A stretch of 43,495 bases of DNA, taken from a virus (lineage: Duplodnaviria > Caudoviricetes). The notes under the pieces were generated by a model that searched no databases, had not been told where the DNA came from, and saw nothing but the letters and a program-made list of their open reading frames with translations. Location: IMG/VR virus record IMGVR_UViG_3300011444_000006, positions 1 through 43,495 of that record. One strand, written 5' to 3'. This document shows, piece by piece, positions 1 to 9,356 of this stretch (position 1 is the first letter of the stretch; the number at the start of each line of letters is the position of its first letter). A program made the position numbers and the translations under genes.

Positions 1-123
1 CGCCATGAAGCGCGCGTGCGCAGCAGGGTCTATGTTTCCTGTCTGCGGATCGACAACGCTCTGCCGGTACAAGTCCTCTATCCCGCCTTTCGCCTGCTGT
101 ATTGCTTCAGGATTCTTGCCAAA
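1..123. repeat. Terminal direct repeat, left copy (circular assembly overlap)
   Basis: 1-123 is identical to 43373-43495 (cgccatgaag...cttgccaaa) and lies inside a continuous ORF. Confidence 0.97.
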
Positions 124-1809
124 CAACTTGACGAACTGCCCGGCTTCCCGCTCGCCGCCAGGCTGAAAATACGTACTTACCACGTCGTCAGGATTGAGCC
201 TCTGTTCGTTCAGTGAAGTTTTTCGATACAGGTTAGCGTTCACGCCTTCCTTGAACCGAGGAACGTATTGCTCTCTGTACGTATTCAACGCATCTGAATA
301 GGCTGTTTTCGCAGTATCGGAAAGCGTTGCACTCTCGGAGACTGCGCTATCAATTGCACCGTGCAACTTCTTGAGATTGCGCAACGTCATATCTGCGGTA
401 GGAGACATGGACACCTTAGCCTGCTGAATGTCCGCGTTGATCGCCTTGCGCACGTCGTCTAATTGCTGCAGCGTGGCTTCCGGCTTCGGCTTGGGTGTTC
501 CTTCTGGAACGGAAACAGGCTCCCCGAATATTTCAGCCCACTTGTCCTTTGCGGGCTCGAACGAGCGAAGCGCGCGCACGGTATTGGGCGCAGTCTCAGG
601 CGCGAATTCAGAGAGTTTGCGGCCGAGTATCTTTTCAGCGTCAGAGAGCACGTTCGTAACGTCTATCTTGGCATCGCCTGCAGCATCGAATGCTTTCTTG
701 TAGGCAGGCTGAACGACCTTGGTTTTTGCTGTCTGACGTTCGGCGTTTGCAATATCCAATAGATTCTGACCTGCTTCGCGTTGGCTCGTATTGGTAAGGC
801 TACCTGATAGTGCGCCCTGTTTTTCTGCTACCGTAGTTCCCTGCTCTGCAAGTGAGCGATTGACTGCGTTCCTTGGCTCATTGGGAGACGCGGAACCGTC
901 AGGCATCCTGTTTTGCATGGCATCGGATAGCGCCGTTTTGTTCGCTGCTTGCCTTGCAAGTTCAGCATTCGTGTTGGCAGGACTCAGAGCGGAATAGCGC
1001 GACTGCATCGTCGCCAAGCTCGGATTGCCGGTCATTTCCGCCGTGGATAGCGTGACCCCTGGAATAACGCCTTGCAGCCTCAATGCCTCGGTGATATTCG
1101 CTGCTGCGTTCGGATCGCCCTGCACTGCGGCGCGCACGTTCTTTCCGATGATGTTTTCAGCGACAGGGACAGCCTGCGCCTGTGCGCCGCCGAGAGCATT
1201 CTTTCCTGCTTGGTATAGTGCCTGCGCGCCCTGGCCCCGGCCCTGAACCATAGACGGGACTGCTACGCCTCCAGCCAGTTGCCCGATTATAGGAGCGACC
1301 GTACTGTTAGGCGAGATAGCTGTTGCTGCTTGCCGTCCTGCTTCTGTGCCAAACACTGATCCGGCCACACGAGCCGCCTGACCGTATGTTGAAGGAACGC
1401 CTCCGACCAATGCTCCGCCTGTCAGTTCACCGACATTGCCTAGAAATTCCTGCCCCGGATACTGTGGTTGCACGCCCCCCGGTGGAGAGCCAGCAGCCTC
1501 TGCAAGAATGTTTCGATAGCCCTGCGTGATCTGTTGGCTGCCTCCAACGTGGTTCTGTATTATCTCAGGAAGGTCGGTGCTTCCAAGCCCGCCTTTCAGT
1601 GTCCCGTATCCGGCAATTCCGAGATTTATAAGGTTAGCCGCTGTGTCCGCAGGCCATCCTGCGAACACTCCTGCAGCACGCGCAGCAACGTCACCAGCAA
1701 AGCGAAGCGGCTGGTAACTGACTTTCTGCTTTTCAGGTGCCTTCTGCGCCTTCGGCATTTCTGCCGGCGCAACCCCTGCATCTGCGGCAAGAGCGTCCCA
1801 GTCAGCCAT
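1..1809 (-). CDS. Large ejection/DNA-transfer protein (P22 gp16 position), N-terminal 603 codons; continues across the circular junction to 42485 (about 898 aa total)
   Basis: The ATG at 1809 overlaps the upstream TAA (TAATG) and reads MADWDALAADAGVAPAEMPKAQKAPEKQ. The frame runs off base 1 in phase with ORF 42485..43444. It is the third large Ala/Gln-rich gene after gp10. The ORF track omits it. Confidence 0.8.
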   Translation of the reverse strand, partial: MADWDALAADAGVAPAEMPKAQKAPEKQKVSYQPLRFAGDVAARAAGVFAGWPADTAANLINLGIAGYGTLKGGLGSTDLPEIIQNHVGGSQQITQGYRNILAEAAGSPPGGVQPQYPGQEFLGNVGELTGGALVGGVPSTYGQAARVAGSVFGTEAGRQAATAISPNSTVAPIIGQLAGGVAVPSMVQGRGQGAQALYQAGKNALGGAQAQAVPVAENIIGKNVRAAVQGDPNAAANITEALRLQGVIPGVTLSTAEMTGNPSLATMQSRYSALSPANTNAELARQAANKTALSDAMQNRMPDGSASPNEPRNAVNRSLAEQGTTVAEKQGALSGSLTNTSQREAGQNLLDIANAERQTAKTKVVQPAYKKAFDAAGDAKIDVTNVLSDAEKILGRKLSEFAPETAPNTVRALRSFEPAKDKWAEIFGEPVSVPEGTPKPKPEATLQQLDDVRKAINADIQQAKVSMSPTADMTLRNLKKLHGAIDSAVSESATLSDTAKTAYSDALNTYREQYVPRFKEGVNANLYRKTSLNEQRLNPDDVVSTYFQPGGEREAGQFVKLFGKNPEAIQQAKGGIEDLYRQSVVDPQTGNIDPAAHARFMA

Positions 1810-3239
1810 TATTCACCAGCCGCTTTTTTCATTGCAGCAAGTTTTGCCTGAGCGTCCGCAGAGTCCTTTCCTGCATACACCTTTCCTGTTGGCGTGATGA
1901 TGTATCTCCCATAGATGCGAGGCGCTGTTCCTACAATGCGTTCCGCGTCCGTTCCAGCCGGTGTACGCGCAACTGTGTTCTGAATTTCCTGCCCCACCCG
2001 CTGCGCTGCGGCAAGCGACATGGCATCGGCTACGGCACTCAGTTTCCTGTCCTGCTCCGCAGTGCGTGTTCCGCTTGCCAGTTGCGAAACGTAATTAGCT
2101 ATGCGTCCAGGAATATCGTTGCCCTCGAATGTAGTCCCAAGAATCTGTTCGAGTTGTTTCTGCGGCAGCATTGCTCTCGAACCTGCTTTTGACATTTGCG
2201 CAATCTGTTGAGCGAGCATCTGATTGGCGGTTGAATTGTCACCGCTTGCCCTGATCTGCTCGAATTTCTGCGCCGCATCGAGAGTTTGAAGATGTGGTGC
2301 AATGGATTTGTCCAGTTGTCCGCGTAGTTGCCGCTCCGCAATGACACCCTGCGTCATCCAGCTCGGATTCATCGCCCCTGTCTTAGCGGGCGTACCCATT
2401 CCTTCCTTGGTGAACGGAGTAACGATCTGCTGGCCGGATTCGTCAGTGCCGATGACGTAATGCGGAGTGTCGCGCATCCTGGTATCGGTCATGTTCTGCC
2501 CGCGTATGGTGACGCCGCGATTGAGCGCCCCTTCGCTGCGCACGCGCTGGTCAGTCTGCATGGCGTCAGGGGTCTGCGTCGTGGGCGTTCTGCTCAACAC
2601 AGATGGATCACCGCCGAGCCCAGGAACAGAAACCACTTGCGAAGCGCCGCCAAGGTTTTGCATGTGAATCGTCGGCTTATTCTGCTCGATGAACTTCGTC
2701 ATTCCCAAAGCAACTTGCTGCTTGTACTGGGCGAACGCGGCAGGGTCTTGCGGAATCTTGGCGATAGACGATGCGGCAGTTCCGGTAGTAGCCATGAATC
2801 TAGCGGTGTCAGGGTTCGTGTACTGCGACTGCACCCATGCAGCCATTGCCTGTGGATCGTTCACGCCGGCCAGTTGATCGCGCTGCATTGCCAGCGTCTT
2901 GTGCGTTGTTTCGGTAAGTTTCGCGCCTGTTTCTGCGGAGCTTTTTTTCGATTCGTTGATGGTTTTAGCGAGTTCCATTCCCGGCTTACCGAACATCAAC
3001 AACTTGTTTATGTGATCTGGATTGTTCGGATCGAATCCAGATTGAACCATCCGCTGCAATGCGTTTTGCTGAACGTCCAAACGCTGCGCCTGCGAAAGTG
3101 AGTATTCCTGTAGCTTGTTCGCCCCCTGCGCCTGTTGCAACTGCGCCTGCATGAGCGCGTTCTTCTGCGGGTCGAAGGCGTTAATCCCCTTCCACGACGT
3201 TTCTGGATCGAGCAAGCCGAAATTGATAAGTCCGCTCAT
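1809..3239 (-). CDS. Ejection/DNA-transfer protein (P22 gp20 position), 476 aa
   Basis: Gln/Ala-rich helical ORF between the gp7-like and the largest ejection gene. Called from synteny. Confidence 0.65.
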   Translation of the reverse strand: MSGLINFGLLDPETSWKGINAFDPQKNALMQAQLQQAQGANKLQEYSLSQAQRLDVQQNALQRMVQSGFDPNNPDHINKLLMFGKPGMELAKTINESKKSSAETGAKLTETTHKTLAMQRDQLAGVNDPQAMAAWVQSQYTNPDTARFMATTGTAASSIAKIPQDPAAFAQYKQQVALGMTKFIEQNKPTIHMQNLGGASQVVSVPGLGGDPSVLSRTPTTQTPDAMQTDQRVRSEGALNRGVTIRGQNMTDTRMRDTPHYVIGTDESGQQIVTPFTKEGMGTPAKTGAMNPSWMTQGVIAERQLRGQLDKSIAPHLQTLDAAQKFEQIRASGDNSTANQMLAQQIAQMSKAGSRAMLPQKQLEQILGTTFEGNDIPGRIANYVSQLASGTRTAEQDRKLSAVADAMSLAAAQRVGQEIQNTVARTPAGTDAERIVGTAPRIYGRYIITPTGKVYAGKDSADAQAKLAAMKKAAGE

Positions 3240-3248
3240 GCTGCGCTC

Positions 3249-4241
3249 CTAGTATTGCGCGTTCAGGTAGGCCATGTAATCCGGGTTGCTGAAATCAACA
3301 CCGCCGCCACCACCGCCGAATCCTCCACCCATGCTGTACTTCATCAAGGAATTCCCGACACCGCCGTAGGCCGATGCCCGCGCCTGTCCCGCAAACAGTT
3401 GCGCGTTGCCTTGGTTTGTTGCATTGGTCTGCGACAGTCCGGTGACGCCTGTAGCGTAGTTCTGCCCCGCCTGACCGAGTGCCGTGTTCGCTGTCTGCCC
3501 AAGTCCTGCCATGCTTGCGAGGCGGTTGTACTGGTTCGTCTGATTTGTGCCGTATCGGTTGTATGCGTTCTGGAATTCGTTCGATGCTAGGTCGGAGTTG
3601 TAGCGGTCGAGTCCGCGCATAGCACCGCCTGAGAGCAGCCCGCCACGCGCGGCCGCGCTGTGTTCAAGCCCGCGCAATCCCTCAGACCTGCGGAACGCAT
3701 AGCCAGGATCGGCTTGGTAGTCCGACATTGCGAATGGGCGCAGCAGTGACCCGTAATCGGGAGAACGCGCAGTCGCAGCCTGATCTGTGCTCTGCTTTGC
3801 GAGTGCGTTGTTTATGGCTGCCTGCAATCCGGCTTCGTCAATCGTTTGCCCGCTTACTGCGTTTTGCTGAGGAAACACACCCATTGCTGGATTGTCTGTA
3901 ATCGGGCCGTTCCATGACTGCGCACCACCGGAAGCGCTGCCAGGGACGGAACCGCTGCGCGTGAATTGTGGCAGAAGTTGCGCGCGAAGCGCTGTAGCAT
4001 CAAGCGGCATACCAGGAACGCCAAGCCCTTGCGCTAGTTTATTCAGTCCTCCAATACCTGCCAGACGCCACGGCGCCTGATCGGTTCGCGTCTGGTCGTA
4101 AATCTGCTTGTTTATGTCGATGCCGTAGCGGGTAGCATCTGCTGATGTTCTCGCAGCACCGGATGCAGCATCAGCCTGAGACTGCGAACCCATGTATCCG
4201 AGTAAAGCTGATCCACCAATTGCTGCGGCAATCCATGACAT
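3249..4241 (-). CDS. DNA-transfer/pilot protein (P22 gp7-like), 330 aa
   Basis: Gly/Ala-rich hydrophobic N-terminus MSWIAAAIGGSALLG. Contains the DPGYAFR..EG..GLEHSAAARGGLLSGG motif typical of gp7-like proteins. Confidence 0.75.
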   Translation of the reverse strand: MSWIAAAIGGSALLGYMGSQSQADAASGAARTSADATRYGIDINKQIYDQTRTDQAPWRLAGIGGLNKLAQGLGVPGMPLDATALRAQLLPQFTRSGSVPGSASGGAQSWNGPITDNPAMGVFPQQNAVSGQTIDEAGLQAAINNALAKQSTDQAATARSPDYGSLLRPFAMSDYQADPGYAFRRSEGLRGLEHSAAARGGLLSGGAMRGLDRYNSDLASNEFQNAYNRYGTNQTNQYNRLASMAGLGQTANTALGQAGQNYATGVTGLSQTNATNQGNAQLFAGQARASAYGGVGNSLMKYSMGGGFGGGGGGVDFSNPDYMAYLNAQY

Positions 4242-4245
4242 TTTG

Positions 4246-4680
4246 CTACCCTACCTTTCCGCTCAATTGCGGCTGCTTCAGTTCATTGCTGCTGTTGAAA
4301 AGCGCTAACGTATCTTCCTCGACTATTTCCTTCTCGATTGCGTCCAGCACCGTTAGATCAGTCCGATGCACGGTGAGGCAGATTGAATCCTCCAACGCGA
4401 GCACAGCACGCTTAGTTCCAGGCTGCGACACTAGCACTGTTCCCGCTTCAAATACTTCCTGCTCTATCTGCACGCGGCCTCGCGCCACAATGTAAAAATG
4501 CTCTTTCTTGTGGACCTTGCCAACAATGAGAGTCCCGGCAGGACGGAACAGGGCGCGCGCGTACATTCCATCGGCAAAGAAATGCGTCGTCACCAGTCCT
4601 TCGGCCTGCGGCATCTCGCGCATTACCGCTTGCAATTCCAGCACGCTGGCGCGCATCTTCACTGAAGGAACCGCGTTCAT
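4246..4680 (-). CDS. Cupin-fold protein, 144 aa
   Basis: HFFADGMYAR...PAGTLIVGKVHKKEH...GRV and SQPGTKR...ALED pattern of a cupin beta-barrel. Confidence 0.6.
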   Translation of the reverse strand: MNAVPSVKMRASVLELQAVMREMPQAEGLVTTHFFADGMYARALFRPAGTLIVGKVHKKEHFYIVARGRVQIEQEVFEAGTVLVSQPGTKRAVLALEDSICLTVHRTDLTVLDAIEKEIVEEDTLALFNSSNELKQPQLSGKVG

Positions 4681-4682
4681 AT

Positions 4683-5024
4683 TTACACCACGTTCTGCTC
4701 GCCGATCACTGTTATTGTCAGCGAGGTCGCAGCGCTGGCAAGGCCGCTCAGAAAGTCTGCTGAAGTCATCTTCAGGCCGGGCGCGAAAAACTGATCGACT
4801 GAACTATTCGCCGGAACGGAAACACCCTTTGCGATTTCGGTCCCCGCAGCAGAGCCTCCGGTTGCGCCGACGTAGAGCGTGTACGTCACCGCGCCCGCTG
4901 TCACGTTGGCGATGTGGATTTGCCTGATGACGGTGTAGATGGTGGCCGCTGCTGGCGTGTAAATATCCGCCGCTGCATTCGCCAGGTATGCCGGCCCGGA
5001 AATCTTCTTGAGTTGCCCAGCCAT
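4683..5024 (-). CDS. Small beta-rich virion protein, 113 aa
   Basis: AGGAG RBS, Ala/Thr/Gly-rich, located in the tail module. Confidence 0.6.
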   Translation of the reverse strand: MAGQLKKISGPAYLANAAADIYTPAAATIYTVIRQIHIANVTAGAVTYTLYVGATGGSAAGTEIAKGVSVPANSSVDQFFAPGLKMTSADFLSGLASAATSLTITVIGEQNVV

Positions 5025-5041
5025 GATTCATTCTCCTAAAG

Positions 5042-6127
5042 TTATGCCACGAACGTCCCGGTGTTGCCTGCCGGTAATCGACGGACCTTGAAGTAACTTC
5101 CGCGCAATGGCAGCGCAGTAGTGGTCGCTCCGCAGGTTATTCTTAACCTAAGGTTTCCAGCGCCATTCTGCTCTATCAACGCCCGGACGATGTGATAATG
5201 GTTCGTGGTGATGGTCAACGTATCCGATACTGGCAACGCCTGTGTAGCGGTTGTGCTTGTGACAACACCAGCAGCACGGGATGTACCTATCGCAGCCAAA
5301 CCAGCAGCGGCAGATACAGCTTGGTAATTGGCGACCATGTTGGTCAAGGTTCCGGTATTGGTGAGTGTCCACGTAACCGTCCCGCCCAAGGCGGCAATAG
5401 CAAAAAAGCAATGCCACTCTATCTCATACACGGCGGAGGCAATCATCGGGATGCCATCATTCGCCCCGAAAAAATCCTGAATAGGATTTGAAGCCGAGCC
5501 GTTCGCAGCAAGCCGGAACAACTGCCAGCGGTCATCGAACCCTCGCCCATTGGTGAGGTCATTAGTAAAGTATCGTGCTACCCCATCAAATTCAACATCA
5601 CCAATAGCTTGCAGGGAGGTTTTAACAACCCCGGCTGGCATATTGATTGGGGCAATCGTGGTCGTTCCGGTTGCTGTCTGGATCGTGCCATTGAAGGTGT
5701 CCCCGTCCACGCTGGAGGTGTCATATGGTGCCACACGGATACTGGTAGCCGACTCGATCAGCGCAACGTAAATCCTGCCGATAGCGACGCCGCCCGCTGG
5801 CAACGCAATAATCCCCATCGTCGTGTTGAGCGCGGCAAGCCCGCTGATAGCAATCGTCATCGCTGTGGTATTCGTGAATCCGGCAACGAACGCAAATTCC
5901 TGCCCGACAGCGGCGGCATACGAAACGATAGCGGGCGATGGCGTGAGCGTCTGCGCATTTGCGGACCCGCCCGACGTGCCGCACCACCAATTGATCGAAC
6001 TCTGAAACGCCTGCTCTACCCCTGCCGCGTTCTTGAAAAACCAGCCGCCGACCTTGGGATACAACACTTGCTGATTGGCAGATGGCGTTGACGGTGTGGC
6101 CTGCTCGACTGCGGTGTAGGTGCTCAT
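5042..6127 (-). CDS. Tail fibre/receptor-binding candidate, 361 aa
   Basis: GTSGGSANAQTLTPSPAIVSY...GQEFAFVAGFTNTT..TIAISGL resembles a recurrent tail-fibre domain. Thr/Ala/Gly-rich. ATGA-coupled to the collagen gene. Confidence 0.6.
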   Translation of the reverse strand: MSTYTAVEQATPSTPSANQQVLYPKVGGWFFKNAAGVEQAFQSSINWWCGTSGGSANAQTLTPSPAIVSYAAAVGQEFAFVAGFTNTTAMTIAISGLAALNTTMGIIALPAGGVAIGRIYVALIESATSIRVAPYDTSSVDGDTFNGTIQTATGTTTIAPINMPAGVVKTSLQAIGDVEFDGVARYFTNDLTNGRGFDDRWQLFRLAANGSASNPIQDFFGANDGIPMIASAVYEIEWHCFFAIAALGGTVTWTLTNTGTLTNMVANYQAVSAAAGLAAIGTSRAAGVVTSTTATQALPVSDTLTITTNHYHIVRALIEQNGAGNLRLRITCGATTTALPLRGSYFKVRRLPAGNTGTFVA

Positions 6128-6975
6128 AGCGTGGCCATACTGCCAAGGTTATTGATCGCGCCATTATTGGTGAAATCGCCTACGCACATGAACTGGAATC
6201 CGGATGGAATGGAAAGGATTTCCACCGCGTCAGTGGACATTTTTGAAAGGGGAAAGAGCGTCATCGGCACTGGCATATAGACAGGCATTGCATCGTCACC
6301 ATCTGCGCCATCCATGCCGGGAACGGCCATTGCGCCGCCACCACCTGAGCCTGCCGGTCCTGTCGCACCTTGCGGACCGGCCGGCCCAGGAATGAAACTG
6401 TCCAACCCGTCGTCGCCGTCGCTGCCTGGAATCGTAAAGCCGCTGATTCCTGCTGCACCGGCCGGGCCTGGAACACCACGCTCGCCATCTTCACCGTCAA
6501 TCCCATCGAGCCCCGGCCTTCCGGCCAAGCCAGCAGCGCCGGCGCTACCCGTTGCTCCGGCAGCACCAGCAGTCCCTGGCATAGGAAAGGCATCCTCGCC
6601 GTCGATACCGTCCATGCCGGGAATCGACACGCCACCGCCACTGCCTGAACCTGGAGGGCCAATCGGCCCCTGCGGGCCTTGAATGCCTGCCGGGCCAATC
6701 AATCCTTCCTCGCCGTCCTGCCCGTCAAGTCCGGGAACGAATTTCCCATCTACACCTGCCAATCCCTGCGGACCCGGAATTACCATATCCGAGCCGCTTG
6801 AATCGCCGCCTCCACTGTCAGAGGCATCGAAGCCGATCATTGAAACAGCAGTCTGCGCGGTGCTGGCAGTGCTATTGACGAAGGAGGTAAGGTCTGTAAG
6901 GTACAGCAACCACGGCCGCGACACGGTGCCGTCAGGATTGAGGAATGGGATGCGCGCCAGCGCCAGGTTCATCAT
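6124..6975 (-). CDS. Collagen-like (Gly-X-Y) virion protein in the tail-needle (gp26) position, 283 aa
   Basis: Interrupted Gly-X-Y tracts with five PGxDGxDGx(D/E) units. Immediately downstream of the gp10-like gene. Confidence 0.8.
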   Translation of the reverse strand: MMNLALARIPFLNPDGTVSRPWLLYLTDLTSFVNSTASTAQTAVSMIGFDASDSGGGDSSGSDMVIPGPQGLAGVDGKFVPGLDGQDGEEGLIGPAGIQGPQGPIGPPGSGSGGGVSIPGMDGIDGEDAFPMPGTAGAAGATGSAGAAGLAGRPGLDGIDGEDGERGVPGPAGAAGISGFTIPGSDGDDGLDSFIPGPAGPQGATGPAGSGGGGAMAVPGMDGADGDDAMPVYMPVPMTLFPLSKMSTDAVEILSIPSGFQFMCVGDFTNNGAINNLGSMATL

Positions 6976-8399
6976 GTCCGGCCCTCTGCGGACAGTTCCG
7001 CGCCAGTAATGCAGATGCGCGTTGGGTCCGTCCCCGACACTTCATAAATCCGGTCATTCAGCTTTTGCGTCTGCCCGAGCCGGTGCCAGATGACGCGGCG
7101 CCCTGTCTCGCCAATCTTCCCAAGTGAGCGACTGTGGTAATTCGACCACGTATGCCCGCCGTCGTCAGACCAGCGCAAGTCAATGCGCGGGTCGCTTCCC
7201 TGCCCGGTCGTCAGTCCCACGCCCGCCTCGCAATCGAGTTGCAACTTGTGGTGGCTGCTCGGTTGCAGGTTGTTCTTTCCGGTCGGTAGCGCCCGCCATG
7301 CGCGCAGGTACGGCTGCGGCAGCGTGGCGTCTGCATAAACATTCAGATCGAGCGCGTACAGGTTCGCGTTGTCGTAGTCCCCGACGACGATTTCGCCGCC
7401 GAAGTTCATCATGCAGTTGGAACGGTGCCGCGTCAGTGCGCCTTGATTGAAGCCTGCGCGCTCATGCCATTTGTCGGTAGCCACGTCATATACCCACGTC
7501 CTGTCAGCACTCGGAAACTGGAGCACGTAGAACGAATGACCGCCCTGCTGATAGGTGAAGGCTAACGCGTCGGTAATCGTCGCGTAGCCCTGAATGGCGG
7601 ATTCGACGGCGTGCGTGGACACGCGCTTTCCGACATAGCCGTTCGCCCGGTACACGATGCCCGGCCCGCGCGCATCATCCCCAAGCCAGAACAGCGAATT
7701 GTCCAGTTTCGCCACGGTATAGGGCGATACGCAGCCGATTTCGATCAGTGCGCCTTCGATGCGCTGGAGCGGGAAATCTGCGGTTCCTGCATTGATCCAG
7801 ACTTCAATCGAATTCTGCCCGAACAGCCACGCCTCGCGGTGATCTATCGTCAGGCCGTGCAGAAGGTCTGGAGCACCTTCCGCGCTGGCGAAGTCGAGCG
7901 GGTCTATCGCAAGGCCGTCCAACAGGCTCGTTACCCAGAACTTCTGCGACTCAGGTTCGTTGAACACGAAATAGCCGTCCAGATAGCCTACCTGCACGGC
8001 GCCTGCGAAGTCAGGATCTGTGATTTCCTGAAATACGTTCGTCTGCGCGTTGTAGATGAATCCGTCCGGGTTGCAGGCAGCGAATAACTGGATGCCGTTG
8101 TCGGCAAGCGAAACAGGCCCTGCGCCTGAAATGGTTCCAACAAACGCACTGTTCCATGTGGAACTGATCTTGAATAGTTGCTGCCCGGATGCCACGTAGC
8201 CGAATTCGCCAAACTTGCGAAGTCCCCTGATCGGTCCAACGCCGACCGTGGCGAGCAGGCGCAGGCCGGGACAGCGGGAGAGGAAGGCAGGTTCTTTGCC
8301 GCCTTCCGTCACAATTTCAGGAAAAAGATTTACACAACGGTTCGCCGCCGCATTCGGGCTGCGTGCCATGTAGGAGGCACCTAGAATCGGGCTCTTCAC
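6972..8399 (-). CDS. Packaged-DNA stabilization/tail hub protein (P22 gp10-like), 475 aa
   Basis: Size plus motifs RCPGL, YLDGYFVF, DFASAEGAPD, TWVYDVAT..WHER and LRWSDDGGHTWS. Confidence 0.88.
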   Translation of the reverse strand: MKSPILGASYMARSPNAAANRCVNLFPEIVTEGGKEPAFLSRCPGLRLLATVGVGPIRGLRKFGEFGYVASGQQLFKISSTWNSAFVGTISGAGPVSLADNGIQLFAACNPDGFIYNAQTNVFQEITDPDFAGAVQVGYLDGYFVFNEPESQKFWVTSLLDGLAIDPLDFASAEGAPDLLHGLTIDHREAWLFGQNSIEVWINAGTADFPLQRIEGALIEIGCVSPYTVAKLDNSLFWLGDDARGPGIVYRANGYVGKRVSTHAVESAIQGYATITDALAFTYQQGGHSFYVLQFPSADRTWVYDVATDKWHERAGFNQGALTRHRSNCMMNFGGEIVVGDYDNANLYALDLNVYADATLPQPYLRAWRALPTGKNNLQPSSHHKLQLDCEAGVGLTTGQGSDPRIDLRWSDDGGHTWSNYHSRSLGKIGETGRRVIWHRLGQTQKLNDRIYEVSGTDPTRICITGAELSAEGRT

Positions 8400-8650
8400 C
8401 GCTGGTTCATCCTCTGGATGTACTTCTCAAGACCGTCCGTGATATTCTGCTTCCACGGTGCCTGCGGTGCGGCATCAAGTGCCTCGCGCCTTCTCACCAT
8501 CGCTTCCCACTCAGGGCCACCAGAAGGCGGCGGCCCGCCTGAATCCAGAGCCTGCGCGAGCGCGTTGATGATCCCAGGATGAACGCGACTGCCTACATCC
8601 TTCCAGTAGGCCGGGTCGGCCAAGGCGCGAGCGAGCATGTTCACGTCCAC
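8396..8650 (-). CDS. Hypothetical protein, 84 aa
   Basis: Fills the gap between the gp4- and gp10-like genes and has a GTGA overlap with gp10. Confidence 0.55.
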   Translation of the reverse strand: MDVNMLARALADPAYWKDVGSRVHPGIINALAQALDSGGPPPSGGPEWEAMVRRREALDAAPQAPWKQNITDGLEKYIQRMNQR

Positions 8651-8651
8651 G

Positions 8652-9356
8652 TCATACCCCGGACAGGATGTGCGATCTCGTGCGCACGAGGTTTGCTGGA
8701 AGTCGTTGCGCCATGTCCACCTTGTTCATGCGCTTGACCGCGCGCATTTCGGATGCCGCGATGCGCTGCACGGTTTTTGGCGCTTCAATGCCGAATTCCG
8801 AGGCCAGTTCGACGGCGAGCTGGTACTTGAAAAAGCGCCTGTACCCAGGCGGGATGGAAAGCACAGTCGCCAGCACTGCTGGCTGTGTAAGTTCCAGCAG
8901 ACTCACGAAGTGCCAGAGTAGGTCGATGGTGGGAATAGGCCAAATCTGCATGGTGATGTTCGGCATCGTGTAGTTGACGAACATGGCTATAGGGAATGGA
9001 GACGTGAGCGCCTTCAGGCTGATTTCGTTGAATTCCTGCTGATCGACTAGTGCAATTGGCGCGAAGTCAAGACCGGATGCGGCGTCGTGGTAGAACGTGG
9101 CTGGCTCGAGGCGCACAGGCCGGATGCCGATGAAGTTGCCGCTTGGACCGAGCGTACGCGTGGCGTTGTTCGCCGGCCAAGTGAACTGCTGATCCTGCGT
9201 GGCGTGAATCAGCAGGTTTTCCAGCGCCATCGCGTCGATGAAGTCGTTCATGACTTCGAGCGCATCCGTCGCCATTTCTGCGGACGCGGTTTCGCCTTCG
9301 GCCAGGATGCCGATTTTTCGCAGGCTTGCCGTGATGACGCCGCCTGCGGTTGCCAT
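8652..9356 (-). CDS. Head-completion/head-to-tail adaptor (P22 gp4-like), 234 aa
   Basis: Start at MATAGGVITASLRKIGILAEGET (TAATG overlap). C-terminal IPPGY..FFKYQLAVELASEFG. Confidence 0.8.
   Translation of the reverse strand: MATAGGVITASLRKIGILAEGETASAEMATDALEVMNDFIDAMALENLLIHATQDQQFTWPANNATRTLGPSGNFIGIRPVRLEPATFYHDAASGLDFAPIALVDQQEFNEISLKALTSPFPIAMFVNYTMPNITMQIWPIPTIDLLWHFVSLLELTQPAVLATVLSIPPGYRRFFKYQLAVELASEFGIEAPKTVQRIAASEMRAVKRMNKVDMAQRLPANLVRTRSHILSGV

Noticed and set aside
1-123. Physical terminal repeats (T7-like DTR)
   Set aside because: The repeat lies mid-gene, far from terS, and is best explained as a circular assembly overlap.
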